Positions 18,831 through 27,513 of a stretch of 64,000 bases of DNA are shown one piece after another. A program made the position numbers and the translations under genes. The stretch is from an uncultured Eubacteriales bacterium (GTDB lineage: Bacteria; Bacillota; Clostridia; Oscillospirales; CAG-272): NCBI GenBank assembly GCA_948467545.1, contig CAOKER010000006.1, forward strand, positions 66,772 to 130,771, read 5' to 3'. Under the pieces are notes generated by a model that saw only the letters and a program-made list of their open reading frames with translations, did no database searches and was not told where the DNA came from. Each line of letters starts with the position of its first letter. Within the stretch, counting starts at the first letter, position 1.

Positions 18831-19880
18831 TCAGATAATATTGCGCATGTTCACTTCCGGCGATATGCTGAAGCTTCCGTTAATATCGTTAATATCGGTC
18901 ATATCGGCAGTTTGACGCGGCTCCGCTCCGTTACGGGCCTTCGCTTCGGTATCGCGGAGACATACTCCCGTTCTGTTTTCCGCACCTTCGGTAACGTTCC
19001 CGAAAATCTCCGCCTTATCAGATGCTTCCGCCGGACGGATTTCGGCTCCGGCGGCTTTCTTCACAGCTGTCTCCGAGCGATCTGAACAGCCGCAATTTTC
19101 ATGCATTGCTTTAACCGACCTCAATATCGAATATAACTCTTTTTCTTCCTGCCGCCCACAGTCTTGCTTCGGGCTATCCTCACACCCATCTTCTGCCGCC
19201 CCTTGAGCCATATCGTCATCCCTGACGTCCTCATCCAGTCCTGCAAGCAGTTCTTTAAGCTTTGTCTGCAGATTGTCTTTTGCGTTTATAATTTCCGAAA
19301 GTCCGCTCTCAAATTCCCGATTGCTCTGATTCATACTTCCGTAAACATGCAGAATCTGATCGGCTGATTCTATAAAGAAATTACGGCTTTCAAACTGCCG
19401 CCGCTTAATCTCCTCGGACAAATCGCATACGCGGCGGCGATATTCCTCCCATTCGCTCCAAAATACTCTCAGAAAATCTTCGATACTTTCTTTCGCCCTG
19501 CGCTTCGTATTGTGCATATCCTCGTACGCGAGGCGGCAGATATTCCCGACATCCGCAAATGCCTCTCCCTGCTCCGCAAGCTTGGAATTCAGCCGCGAAA
19601 TTTCTCCGGAAAGCCTCTCCCTTTCATTCTCCGACTGCGAATACGCAAGCTTTAAAGAATCCAATTCGGCACGCAGCCCGCCGGTAAGCCTTTCGTTTTC
19701 TCCGTCACTGTCATCCGTACCGTTCGGACTATCTTCATACAGGCGAAGTTCTCCGCGAACCCTCTCCAAATCCTCCGAAAGCTGTCTTACCTGCTTTTCA
19801 AGCTTTATATTTCGGGTTTCAAGATAATCAATGCTCTCGTCAACCTCGCTAATGCTATAACCCAAAATTGCCTTCTTCAT
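18831..19880 (-). CDS. DivIVA-domain coiled-coil protein
   Basis: MKKAILGYSISEVDESIDYLE (DivIVA N-terminal pattern GY..EVD..L), then a long coiled coil. I prefer ATG 19880 (AGGAGG upstream) to the track start 19973, which would run through the leader terminator. Confidence 0.55.
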   Translation of the reverse strand: MKKAILGYSISEVDESIDYLETRNIKLEKQVRQLSEDLERVRGELRLYEDSPNGTDDSDGENERLTGGLRAELDSLKLAYSQSENERERLSGEISRLNSKLAEQGEAFADVGNICRLAYEDMHNTKRRAKESIEDFLRVFWSEWEEYRRRVCDLSEEIKRRQFESRNFFIESADQILHVYGSMNQSNREFESGLSEIINAKDNLQTKLKELLAGLDEDVRDDDMAQGAAEDGCEDSPKQDCGRQEEKELYSILRSVKAMHENCGCSDRSETAVKKAAGAEIRPAEASDKAEIFGNVTEGAENRTGVCLRDTEAKARNGAEPRQTADMTDINDINGSFSISPEVNMRNII

Positions 19881-19915
19881 TTTGCGCTCTCCTCCTGCTA
19901 TATATTTATTAAAAT

Positions 19916-19968
19916 AAAAAAACGGCTGCAAATATACACTGCCGTCAGACAGCGTATTTTTGCAGCCG
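19916..19968 (-). terminator. intrinsic terminator / riboswitch expression platform
   Basis: Minus strand: cggctgcaaaaatacgc-loop-gtgtatatttgcagccg followed by TTTTTTT. The 17-bp stem has 2 mismatches. Its 5' arm overlaps the 3' end of the aptamer. It sits 35 nt upstream of the first gene. Confidence 0.75.
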
Positions 19969-20040
19969 GTCAATCATGCGATTCAAATCGTTTAGACACC
20001 GTGGCTTTGCGTCTCAACCTTTCGGTTGTTTTGCCAAGTA
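19961..20040 (-). promoter_or_regulatory. c-di-GMP-I (GEMM-I) riboswitch aptamer
   Basis: Minus-strand RNA: UUGGCAAAACAACCGAAAGGUUGAGACGCAAAGCCACGGUGUCUAAACGAUUUGAAUCGCAUGAUUGACCGGCUGC. It carries, in order, GGCAAA, a 5-bp stem with a GAAA tetraloop, GACGCAAAGCC and CUAAAC. That order matches the Vibrio Vc2 aptamer as I recall it. Confidence 0.75.
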
Positions 20041-20063
20041 TAAAAATTTTATAAACAAATAGA

Positions 20064-20092
20064 ATTATACTTGCAAAATTTCAATTTGTCAA
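20064..20092 (-). promoter_or_regulatory. consensus sigma-A promoter (TTGACA-17 nt-TATAAT) of the riboswitch/pel operon
   Basis: Plus-strand tgtcaa at 20087..20092 and attata at 20064..20069, with a 17-nt spacer. Confidence 0.7.
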
Positions 20093-20142
20093 TACCCAAA
20101 AAGAAATTTTATTTTTGAAACAAAAATCACAACTAAAAACAA

Positions 20143-20171
20143 TTGACTTTTTAATCCTTTTGTGCTATAAT
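20143..20171 (+). promoter_or_regulatory. sigma-A promoter (TTGACT-17 nt-TATAAT, TGc extended -10) of the MATE leader
   Basis: -35 at 20143..20148, -10 at 20166..20171. It is divergent from the pel-operon promoter. Confidence 0.6.
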
Positions 20172-20419
20172 AATAATATAATTTTTTTCTTTACAGTCGG
20201 CGTTTTTTCTTCGTTTTCTGATGAGATCTTGCCGTACAAGTCTCGGAAATCCTGTGCTTCGACCGTGTTTTGTCAATATAACCGAGAGCAGGATTTCTCC
20301 AGTCTCGTTTTCGGCACGGCGAGTTTCGCCGACTTTTTCCGCGGCGATACAATCCGCCGCAGAATCCCTTACGGGCGCTTTGCGCCTTATATAATAATAC
20401 TATAAGTGAGCTGCAGTAA

Positions 20420-20457
20420 TGCGTAAGTCCAGCTTGGATTTGCGCATTGCTTTTTTT
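20420..20457 (+). terminator. leader terminator/attenuator upstream of the MATE gene
   Basis: tgcgtaagtcca / gc(t) / (t)tggatttgcgca followed by ttgcTTTTTTT. It lies inside the N-terminal extension that the ORF track gives the MATE ORF. Confidence 0.5.
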
Positions 20458-20553
20458 GCGTTTTTAATTTCTTTCACAAGAATAAATGCCGTATATCCCG
20501 GCTTTCCAAAACCACAAAAATCATGCGGCCAAATGAAAGGAATGATTATAACT

Positions 20554-21912
20554 ATGAACAAAATGGGTACTGTACCGGTAAAAAAACTAATGCTGTCTAT
20601 GGGAATTCCCATTATTATCTCTATGATGCTTCAAGCTTTATACAATATCGTCGACAGCGCCTTCGTGTCAAATATGGATGGCGGAGAACAGGCGCTCAAC
20701 GCGCTGACCTTAGCTTTCCCGATTCAGATGCTTATGGTTGCGGTCGGTATAGGCACAGGAGTCGGAGTGAACGTACTGCTCTCAAAAAGTCTCGGTCAGC
20801 AGAATCGCGAAAAAGCCGCGCGGACAGCAGGAAACGCAGTTTTTCTCGGAGCCGTAATTACAGCCGTTTTTATGCTTTTCGGCATCTTCGGCACAAAACT
20901 CTATGTGTCAACTCAAACTTCAAACCCTCAGATTTTTGATATGGCGGTCACTTATCTGAGGATTTGCTGTATAACCTCCTTCGGAATCGTTTTTTTCAGC
21001 ATTTTTGAAAAGCTTCTGCAGTCAACCGGTCTTTCGCTTCACTCGACGGCGGCGCAGATTTCGGGCGCGGTAATCAACATCGTCTTAGACCCCGTCATGA
21101 TTTACGGGCTTCTCGGCTTTCCCGCGCTGGGAGTTGCAGGCGCCGCATACGCTACCGTAATCGGACAGATCGCTTCCTTCTCGATAGCGCTGTTCTGTCA
21201 CGTCAGATTCAACAAAAACGTCGAAAAGAAACTGCGGTATTTAAAACCGCGCGCAGATATAATCAAGGAAATTTATGCAATCGGTTTCCCCGCCATCGCC
21301 GCTCAGGCTCTCATGTCGGTAATGACTTACGGTATAAACATCGTTCTCGTCAACGTAAACGAGGCATTGGTCACCGCTTACGGACTGTATTACAAAATTC
21401 AGCAGTTTATTCTCTTCGCCGCTTTCGGTCTCCGCGACGCCATTACCCCGATTGTCTCCTTCAGTCACGGCATGCGCGACAAAAAACGCATTTCCGACGG
21501 AATTAAATACGGCCTCGGATACACCGTCGCGCTTATGATTTTCGGCACGGTAATTCTTGAAATTATTGCCGTCCCGCTCTGCTCCGCTTTCGGACTTTCC
21601 GCAGAAACCGAATCGCTCTGTGTAAGCGCGGCGCGGATTATTTCTTTAAGCTTCGTCTTCGCAGGTATAAATATCGCTCTTCAGGGCGTCTTTCAGGCTC
21701 TGGACTGCGGCCTTTCCTCCCTCGCAACCTCTCTGTGCAGACAGCTCCTGTTCGTCCTGCCTGTTATATACGGTCTGTCTTTGTCAGTATCTCCCGATCT
21801 GCATAACGCGTGGATTGTTTGGCTCACCTTCATTATCTCAGAATTCACAACCGCCGTCATCGCCTCAGGTCTTATGTTTAAAATTTATAAGGATAAGGTG
21901 AGAAAGCTATAA
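20554..21912 (+). CDS. MATE family efflux transporter
   Basis: VPVKKLMLSMGIPIIISMMLQALYNIVDSAFVS is a typical MATE N-terminus, and the protein has 12 TM-like segments. The start is uncertain among in-frame ATGs at 20533, 20542, 20554 and 20563. The track start 20419 is unlikely because of the terminator inside it. Confidence 0.85.
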   Translation: MNKMGTVPVKKLMLSMGIPIIISMMLQALYNIVDSAFVSNMDGGEQALNALTLAFPIQMLMVAVGIGTGVGVNVLLSKSLGQQNREKAARTAGNAVFLGAVITAVFMLFGIFGTKLYVSTQTSNPQIFDMAVTYLRICCITSFGIVFFSIFEKLLQSTGLSLHSTAAQISGAVINIVLDPVMIYGLLGFPALGVAGAAYATVIGQIASFSIALFCHVRFNKNVEKKLRYLKPRADIIKEIYAIGFPAIAAQALMSVMTYGINIVLVNVNEALVTAYGLYYKIQQFILFAAFGLRDAITPIVSFSHGMRDKKRISDGIKYGLGYTVALMIFGTVILEIIAVPLCSAFGLSAETESLCVSAARIISLSFVFAGINIALQGVFQALDCGLSSLATSLCRQLLFVLPVIYGLSLSVSPDLHNAWIVWLTFIISEFTTAVIASGLMFKIYKDKVRKL

Positions 21913-22127
21913 ATATATAGAATACAGTATCAGCTAGTGCACACCAAATGAAATGTATAAAAAAGCAGTTACAAAATAGTAGATTATCAAAATTATATGC
22001 AAAAAATATAAATATTTAAAATATATTGACTTATAATACATTATATGATAATATATAAATGGATGTATTTTTGGACTTGATTTTTTAATCAAAATAATTA
22101 TTGTTATATGAAAGGATGGTTATAACG

Positions 22128-23156
22128 ATGATGGAATTACTTCCATTTACAGTAAATCCGCAAATAAAAGCTTATCTCAATTATGCATATGCTTTTGGAA
22201 TTATTGAAGGAAATTTCGGAAGTAAAATAATTCCTAGATTAATCTGCGATTCATACGTTAATTGTATATACTGTCAAAATAATGTTAATATGTTCTATAT
22301 TTATGACACAGACAGTTGGTACGAAAAGAAAGGTATTATTTCTCATGAATCATATGTTTGTAAAGAAGCAAATTTAACCTGTGTACTTGAAGCTTTGGAA
22401 ATGGCTAAAGATAGGTTACATAAAGGAGAATATATTTTCTGCTGCCCTAATGAAGGATATTTCGTCGCAAAGAATAATGGTAACCCATACGACTTTGATC
22501 ATGAATGCTTATTGTGGGGATTAGATTATGAAAAAAATGTTTTTAAATCATCAAATTATATTAATATGATATATTCGGAGTTTGAAATCGGTTTTGACGA
22601 ACTTACTAACGCTCTTGTTAATGTACAAAGTGGTTATGTAGAACTATTATTTTTCAAAGCAAATTTAAAATTCAAATTTAAACCTTTAAAGGTAAGTAAT
22701 TTATTAGAATTGCTAAATGAATACACCTCATCAAAATGTTCCGAACTAACTACAAATTCTAATATAAAAAAATATATAGACACCGGAAAAATAAAATTTG
22801 GTATTTCAGCTTGGGATGAACTTATTAATTACATAGATAAAAATGTTCCAAATGAAAAATCAATAGATATGAGATATATAAGAAGCTTTTTAGAACATAA
22901 ACATTTAATGAACTTACGACTAAAATATTTAGCCAAAAACAATTATTTAAATAACCCTTTTTTATATACCTCTAAATCTGAATATATCTTTAAAATGGCT
23001 AAAAGTTTATTTTATATTTCATTAAAATATGAGCTTACTCATGATGATAATTTACTTGATAAAATTACTGCTAAAATAAAAGAAATAAATATAATTGAAC
23101 GTGAGTACATTCCCGAACTTATATACGAACTAAAAAAATTTAATGCAAATAGTTAG
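22128..23156 (+). CDS. uncharacterised ~340-aa protein, paralog family X (possible papain-like BtrH_N/DUF4872-type fold)
   Basis: It aligns end to end with 27514..28542. The central block GEYIFCCPNEGYF...PYDFDHECLLWGLDYE resembles the D.YY...H..H..GYD pattern I recall for BtrH_N. I prefer the MM start (22128), which is conserved in the paralog. Confidence 0.55.
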   Translation: MMELLPFTVNPQIKAYLNYAYAFGIIEGNFGSKIIPRLICDSYVNCIYCQNNVNMFYIYDTDSWYEKKGIISHESYVCKEANLTCVLEALEMAKDRLHKGEYIFCCPNEGYFVAKNNGNPYDFDHECLLWGLDYEKNVFKSSNYINMIYSEFEIGFDELTNALVNVQSGYVELLFFKANLKFKFKPLKVSNLLELLNEYTSSKCSELTTNSNIKKYIDTGKIKFGISAWDELINYIDKNVPNEKSIDMRYIRSFLEHKHLMNLRLKYLAKNNYLNNPFLYTSKSEYIFKMAKSLFYISLKYELTHDDNLLDKITAKIKEINIIEREYIPELIYELKKFNANS

Positions 23157-23358
23157 AAAAATTTAATAAAATATTAATAAATAACAAATAAAAAGTTAAA
23201 AATATTGTAATTTATCCTACCATAGTACTAATTATGTAAAAACAATCTTAAGAGAAAATCATAGTTTAACAAATATATTTGATTTTTCAAAGTAAAAGCT
23301 ACTGCCGAATTTAATTTCAATTTTATAATAATTTTAGTCGATACCAACTACCAACAAT

Positions 23359-23412
23359 ATAAAAGTTAATCATTCTATCTACATTCTGTAAATCCGAATG
23401 ATTAACTTTTAT
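23359..23412. terminator. bidirectional terminator hairpin between convergent genes
   Basis: ataaaagttaatcattc ...20-nt loop... gaatgattaacttttat. 17-bp stem with A/T runs on both sides. Confidence 0.55.
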
Positions 23413-23427
23413 ACTTTTTATTTTTAG

Positions 23428-25197
23428 TCACGCTATACCATCCGGAATATAATAATTAGACTGAACACGGTACATTTCTGCAAACACAGATTGCCTTTTT
23501 ATTAAAGTTTGAAATGTTCCCTCTTCCGCAATTTCTCCGTTTTCAAAAACAACAATTCTATCATAGGTATTTGCTCCTGACAAACGATGTGAAATAAAAA
23601 CAGAAGTTTTTCCCTTAACCGTATCTGCAAACCGCTGATATATTTCATACTCTGCCACCGGATCTAAGGCAGACGTCGGTTCATCAAGTATATAAACAGA
23701 AGGATTACGGTAAATCAACCTGGCTATCGCAAGTTTCTGTGCTTCCCCTCCGCTTAGCTCTATGCCGTTTTCATCAAATATTTTGTATAACTCAGTTTTT
23801 TCTCCCTGAGGCATACTTTCTAATTTTTTTGTAAATCCGCTTTCTTCGTACGCGTATTTAATCCGCTCGGCGATATAGTTTTGATCACATATGGTGTTTT
23901 CGCAAACAGACGCAGCTATTAATATAAAATCTTGAAATACCGTTCCAATGTATTTTATATACTCTGATTTTTTAATGCTGTTAATATTGACGCCATTCAA
24001 ATATATGCTGCCTCGATCAGGCTTGTAAAAGCCGCAAAGCAATTTGATAAACGTAGTCTTTCCCGCTCCGTTTTTACCGACGATCATAATTCGTTCGCCC
24101 TTATGTATAGTAAAATTTATATTTTTCAATACATATTCATCTGTACCCGCATATTTAAAATATACGTTTTCAAACCTTATCGATTCAAATTCTCCGAGTT
24201 CAAGATCATTTTCTAAGACAGTCTCATCTTTATCGTCTGCCATAAATTTCCGAAGTGAGGACATGAGAATATTATTGCTCATAATATCCGAAAACAATTC
24301 TACTATTCCCGTTAGATTATCTGAAAACAAAAATACTGAATTTAAATAAAATGTAAAATCGCCAGCCATTAGTTTTCTATATATAACCTGTGAAGCAATG
24401 ATCAAATATACCGCGAGATTTTGAATACCTACAACTAAATTATTTATGGAATCTCCGATTACACTTAATACCCTTAATCTCTTTCCCTTTTTATCCTGCT
24501 CAATCATTAATCCCTTATATTTGTTCGATAACCATTTTTGCAATGAATTTACCCGTATTTCTTTTGCTCCGCTTACATTAACAGCAAAATCTTCTATATA
24601 CTTTTCTTTTCTGTAAATTGAAGACAGTGCCTGAAAATAACGCTCATTCTCTTTGTTGTTTAGGATAGCTATAATACTTTTTATTATACACGGAATTACA
24701 GAAATTAACGCTATAATTATATTTAAACTGAATATTATTCCTATACAGCTAATAATATTGACCAAATGATTTATAAAACGGAATACATAATCTATATACT
24801 GAAATATATTTTGACCGTTTCCGGCCAACTGTATGACATCTCGAAAACTTGATTTCTCAAGCTTTTCATAACTTATCTCCATCGCTTTATGACTGAATGA
24901 AGCCATATATTTCTTCTCAAGGTATTGATTCTGAACGAATGATACTTTTTCGATTATTTTACAGATAAAACGAGTTGCAAAAACAAAAAGAAAATATAAA
25001 AGTCCTCTCTGTAAGACATTCCTTACACTTAAATTTTCAGACAACGCATTTAAAATTTCCCTTGTAAGTAAAACCGGAGAAAATATTAATGCCCAGTTTG
25101 TAATTATCTGTACAAATTTTAAAACAAATAATTTTTTATTGTATTTCCAACATAGGCCAATTGCATACTTAAAGTTTAATATTATTTCCCTAATCAT
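23428..25197 (-). CDS. ABC exporter, fused permease/ATPase (type I exporter half-transporter)
   Basis: N-terminal 6-TM region. Walker A GKNGAGKTT, signature LSGGEAQK, Walker B YILDEPTSALD. Confidence 0.85.
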   Translation of the reverse strand: MIREIILNFKYAIGLCWKYNKKLFVLKFVQIITNWALIFSPVLLTREILNALSENLSVRNVLQRGLLYFLFVFATRFICKIIEKVSFVQNQYLEKKYMASFSHKAMEISYEKLEKSSFRDVIQLAGNGQNIFQYIDYVFRFINHLVNIISCIGIIFSLNIIIALISVIPCIIKSIIAILNNKENERYFQALSSIYRKEKYIEDFAVNVSGAKEIRVNSLQKWLSNKYKGLMIEQDKKGKRLRVLSVIGDSINNLVVGIQNLAVYLIIASQVIYRKLMAGDFTFYLNSVFLFSDNLTGIVELFSDIMSNNILMSSLRKFMADDKDETVLENDLELGEFESIRFENVYFKYAGTDEYVLKNINFTIHKGERIMIVGKNGAGKTTFIKLLCGFYKPDRGSIYLNGVNINSIKKSEYIKYIGTVFQDFILIAASVCENTICDQNYIAERIKYAYEESGFTKKLESMPQGEKTELYKIFDENGIELSGGEAQKLAIARLIYRNPSVYILDEPTSALDPVAEYEIYQRFADTVKGKTSVFISHRLSGANTYDRIVVFENGEIAEEGTFQTLIKRQSVFAEMYRVQSNYYIPDGIA

Positions 25198-26957
25198 CAG
25201 TCCACCCCATATACATAACCACTTGCTTGCTTATTGAACAAATCAGAATAAAGTCCTTTATGTTTTACAAGGTCTTCATGAGAACCGTATTCTGTGATTT
25301 TTCCGTCATTGAAAACTGCAATATTATCACAAAATCTCGCGCTCGCAAGTCTATGTGATATATATACCGTCGTCTTCTTTTCGGTTATATTTCTAAAGTT
25401 CTCATAAAATCTGCTTTCGGAAATCGGATCCATTGCGGAGTTAGGTTCGTCTAATATAAAAATCTTTGAGTTTCTGTATATAGCTCTCGCAATTGCAATT
25501 TTCTGGCGTTCTCCTCCGGAAAATTCAACACCATCGTCATCAAATTCTTTGCTTATATATGTATTTTCCCTGCTTTTCAGCTTATAGATTTTATCATCGA
25601 TATTTGCTTCTTCTAAAGCTGATTTTAATCTATCCGCTTCATATTCCTTTTGCATTACAATATTCTCCGAAACAGAAAAGGCAAGTAATTTATAGTCCTG
25701 TAATACTACTGTCAATAAATTAGAATATTCGGCGTAATCATATGAACCTATATTCTCTCCATTTATCAATATCTCTCCTTTCGTCGGTTCATACAATCTG
25801 CAAATCAATTTTATAAATGTCGATTTGCCCGCGCCGTTCATTCCTACTATCGCTAACTTCTCTCCGGATTTAATCTTTATATTGATACCCTTTAATATAT
25901 AATCTTTTCCATTCGGATATTTAAACCATACATCTCTAAACTCTATATCAATTTCTTTCAATCCCGACACTGTTAAAGTACCGTTATCTTTACCCTGACT
26001 TATAGATTTGTATTGATGCAGACTTTCGATGAGTTTTGACCAATAACCAAATCTGTCAAATTCTCTCAAAAGACTTGATACCTGTCCCACAAAATTTGAT
26101 AAAACGCCAAGATATAACGAAAAACTTCCGATAGTAATATCTCCTGTTATTGCAGACATTACCACTACGTAATACAGACATCCTTCCCATATGAACGAAC
26201 AGCCCAATAATAACATATTTAAGTAAAACATCTTTTTATTAAACGCCATGGAAATTTTAATTTTTTGATCAGCAACTTGCTCCATTCTGCCTTGTATCAA
26301 ATGTGATAAACCGTTAATCCTAACATCTTTTCCATAAGAAGGATTGACAGCTAAACTGTAAAAATAATTAATTACCCGAGAAATAGGCGATAACGTCTGA
26401 CTGAATTTATATTCCTCACTATTTATTTTTTTACCTATGATATAACATACGGCACTATATACTACAATACCAATAAATAGTTTATAATCAAATATAAATA
26501 TTATATAAGAATATGTAATTATCTGTATGAAATTTTCTATTATAGAAGATATAAAATAAAGATAATCTGTCGGCATTATATTGTCCCGAACTCTTTGCTG
26601 CAGATTTAAATATTCGCTGTCCTCTATATATCTGAATTTACAATTTAAATTCGAGTTAAGATGCTCGTATCCGATTAATGCTGAAAGAATATTATAATTA
26701 TGACTCCATATATTCTGTAAAATACTATACATACAGTTCATGATAAACGTTACAATTACCATCATAACCGCTAAAAAAACTATACGTTGAAAATTCCCGC
26801 CTCCCGCAATTTCATCTAATATCAGCTTGGGAAAAATTAATATTATTACCGGCTTTACGCTATTGATAATAATTTTAATGGGATAAATTACTAATATGCT
26901 TGGTTTTAATTGAAATATGTACTTTATCATATATATAAAATCTTTTACATACTGCAT
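25197..26957 (-). CDS. ABC exporter, fused permease/ATPase (partner of 23428..25197)
   Basis: Walker A GMNGAGKST, signature FSGGERQK, Walker B FILDEPNSAMD. AAGGAG lies upstream of the ATG. 1-nt overlap with the downstream partner. Confidence 0.85.
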   Translation of the reverse strand: MQYVKDFIYMIKYIFQLKPSILVIYPIKIIINSVKPVIILIFPKLILDEIAGGGNFQRIVFLAVMMVIVTFIMNCMYSILQNIWSHNYNILSALIGYEHLNSNLNCKFRYIEDSEYLNLQQRVRDNIMPTDYLYFISSIIENFIQIITYSYIIFIFDYKLFIGIVVYSAVCYIIGKKINSEEYKFSQTLSPISRVINYFYSLAVNPSYGKDVRINGLSHLIQGRMEQVADQKIKISMAFNKKMFYLNMLLLGCSFIWEGCLYYVVVMSAITGDITIGSFSLYLGVLSNFVGQVSSLLREFDRFGYWSKLIESLHQYKSISQGKDNGTLTVSGLKEIDIEFRDVWFKYPNGKDYILKGINIKIKSGEKLAIVGMNGAGKSTFIKLICRLYEPTKGEILINGENIGSYDYAEYSNLLTVVLQDYKLLAFSVSENIVMQKEYEADRLKSALEEANIDDKIYKLKSRENTYISKEFDDDGVEFSGGERQKIAIARAIYRNSKIFILDEPNSAMDPISESRFYENFRNITEKKTTVYISHRLASARFCDNIAVFNDGKITEYGSHEDLVKHKGLYSDLFNKQASGYVYGVD

Positions 26958-27157
26958 TGACCAATACTCCTTATTTCTTTATTCTGACATATCCGTGTTT
27001 GATTAAATACATTGCACTGCGATATACAGCATTGCAATTATCACTTAAAATTTCAAGTCTTCGAATTGTAACCGCTCCGGATTTGAGTATTTTTATTATG
27101 CTTTCTCTCAAATCAATTTATAATTTCCCCGAAATTGTTCACATATAGTTTTCAAAT

Positions 27158-27186
27158 ATTTTATCATATAATTTTGTTTTTGTCAA
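27158..27186 (-). promoter_or_regulatory. sigma-A promoter (TTGACA-17 nt-TAAAAT, TGa extended -10) for the ABC pair
   Basis: Plus-strand tgtcaa at 27181..27186 and atttta at 27158..27163. The 5' UTR is ~190 nt. Confidence 0.55.
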
Positions 27187-27398
27187 TATTTTTCATATTT
27201 CTTTATTATTTTTAAATAATATGGTAATTATATCTTATTTATTTTAAAACAAAAAATTATTATCAAGTAATTTATAATTAATCGATAAAAAATAATGTAC
27301 TTATGAGACAGAACGGCAAATATGCGAAAATGTTCCGAGTACAGGCTGAAAAATACGAAGTGACGTAAAAACCCGCTGTATTTTCAATTATAATTAAA

Positions 27399-27444
27399 AC
27401 AATCCAGCAAAAACCTCGATTTACCGCGATTTTTGCTGGATTGT
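27399..27444. terminator. terminator hairpin after 27514..28542
   Basis: acaatccagcaaaaa ...16-nt loop... tttttgctggattgt. 15-bp stem flanked by T-runs in both orientations. Confidence 0.6.
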
Positions 27445-27513
27445 TTTGCTCCGAGAGAAGCTATTTAAAGCGCAATTTCATTTTTTGTATTCTGTGTTTC
27501 ACACCCTTATTTC

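Noticed and set aside
20218-20260. A hammerhead-ribozyme-like CUGAUGAG core followed by a hairpin and GGAAA, in the MATE leader.
   Set aside because: The GAAA element is not directly adjacent to the stem II closing pair (an extra CG/G intervenes). No stem I/III or cleavage-site context is visible. An 8-mer match is expected by chance about once or twice in 128 kb of two-strand sequence.
20240-20275. A c-di-GMP-II-like string: CGGAAAU...GUGCUUCGACCGUG resembles CGGAAAC...GUGCAACCGACCGUG.
   Set aside because: The two elements are only ~16 nt apart instead of ~60 nt. The intervening conserved pseudoknot and kink-turn parts are missing.
20419-20553. The N-terminal extension that the ORF track gives the MATE gene (MRKSSLDLRIAFFAFLISF...).
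   Set aside because: It contains the leader terminator hairpin plus T-run and has no SD. MATE homology starts at ...VPVKKLMLSMGIP, after the in-frame ATG cluster at 20533-20563.
26957-27148. The 63-aa plus-strand ORF and tiny minus-strand ORFs in the 5' UTR of the island-1 ABC pair, examined as possible precursor peptides.
   Set aside because: None has an SD. The plus-strand ORF runs antisense through the promoter and leader. The minus-strand candidates are 9-13 aa without Cys or recognisable motifs.
27303-27368. A 21-aa plus-strand ORF (MRQNGKYAKMFRVQAEKYEVT) just before the terminator hairpin.
   Set aside because: No SD, and it is orientated against both neighbouring genes. It is more likely a remnant of decayed sequence.
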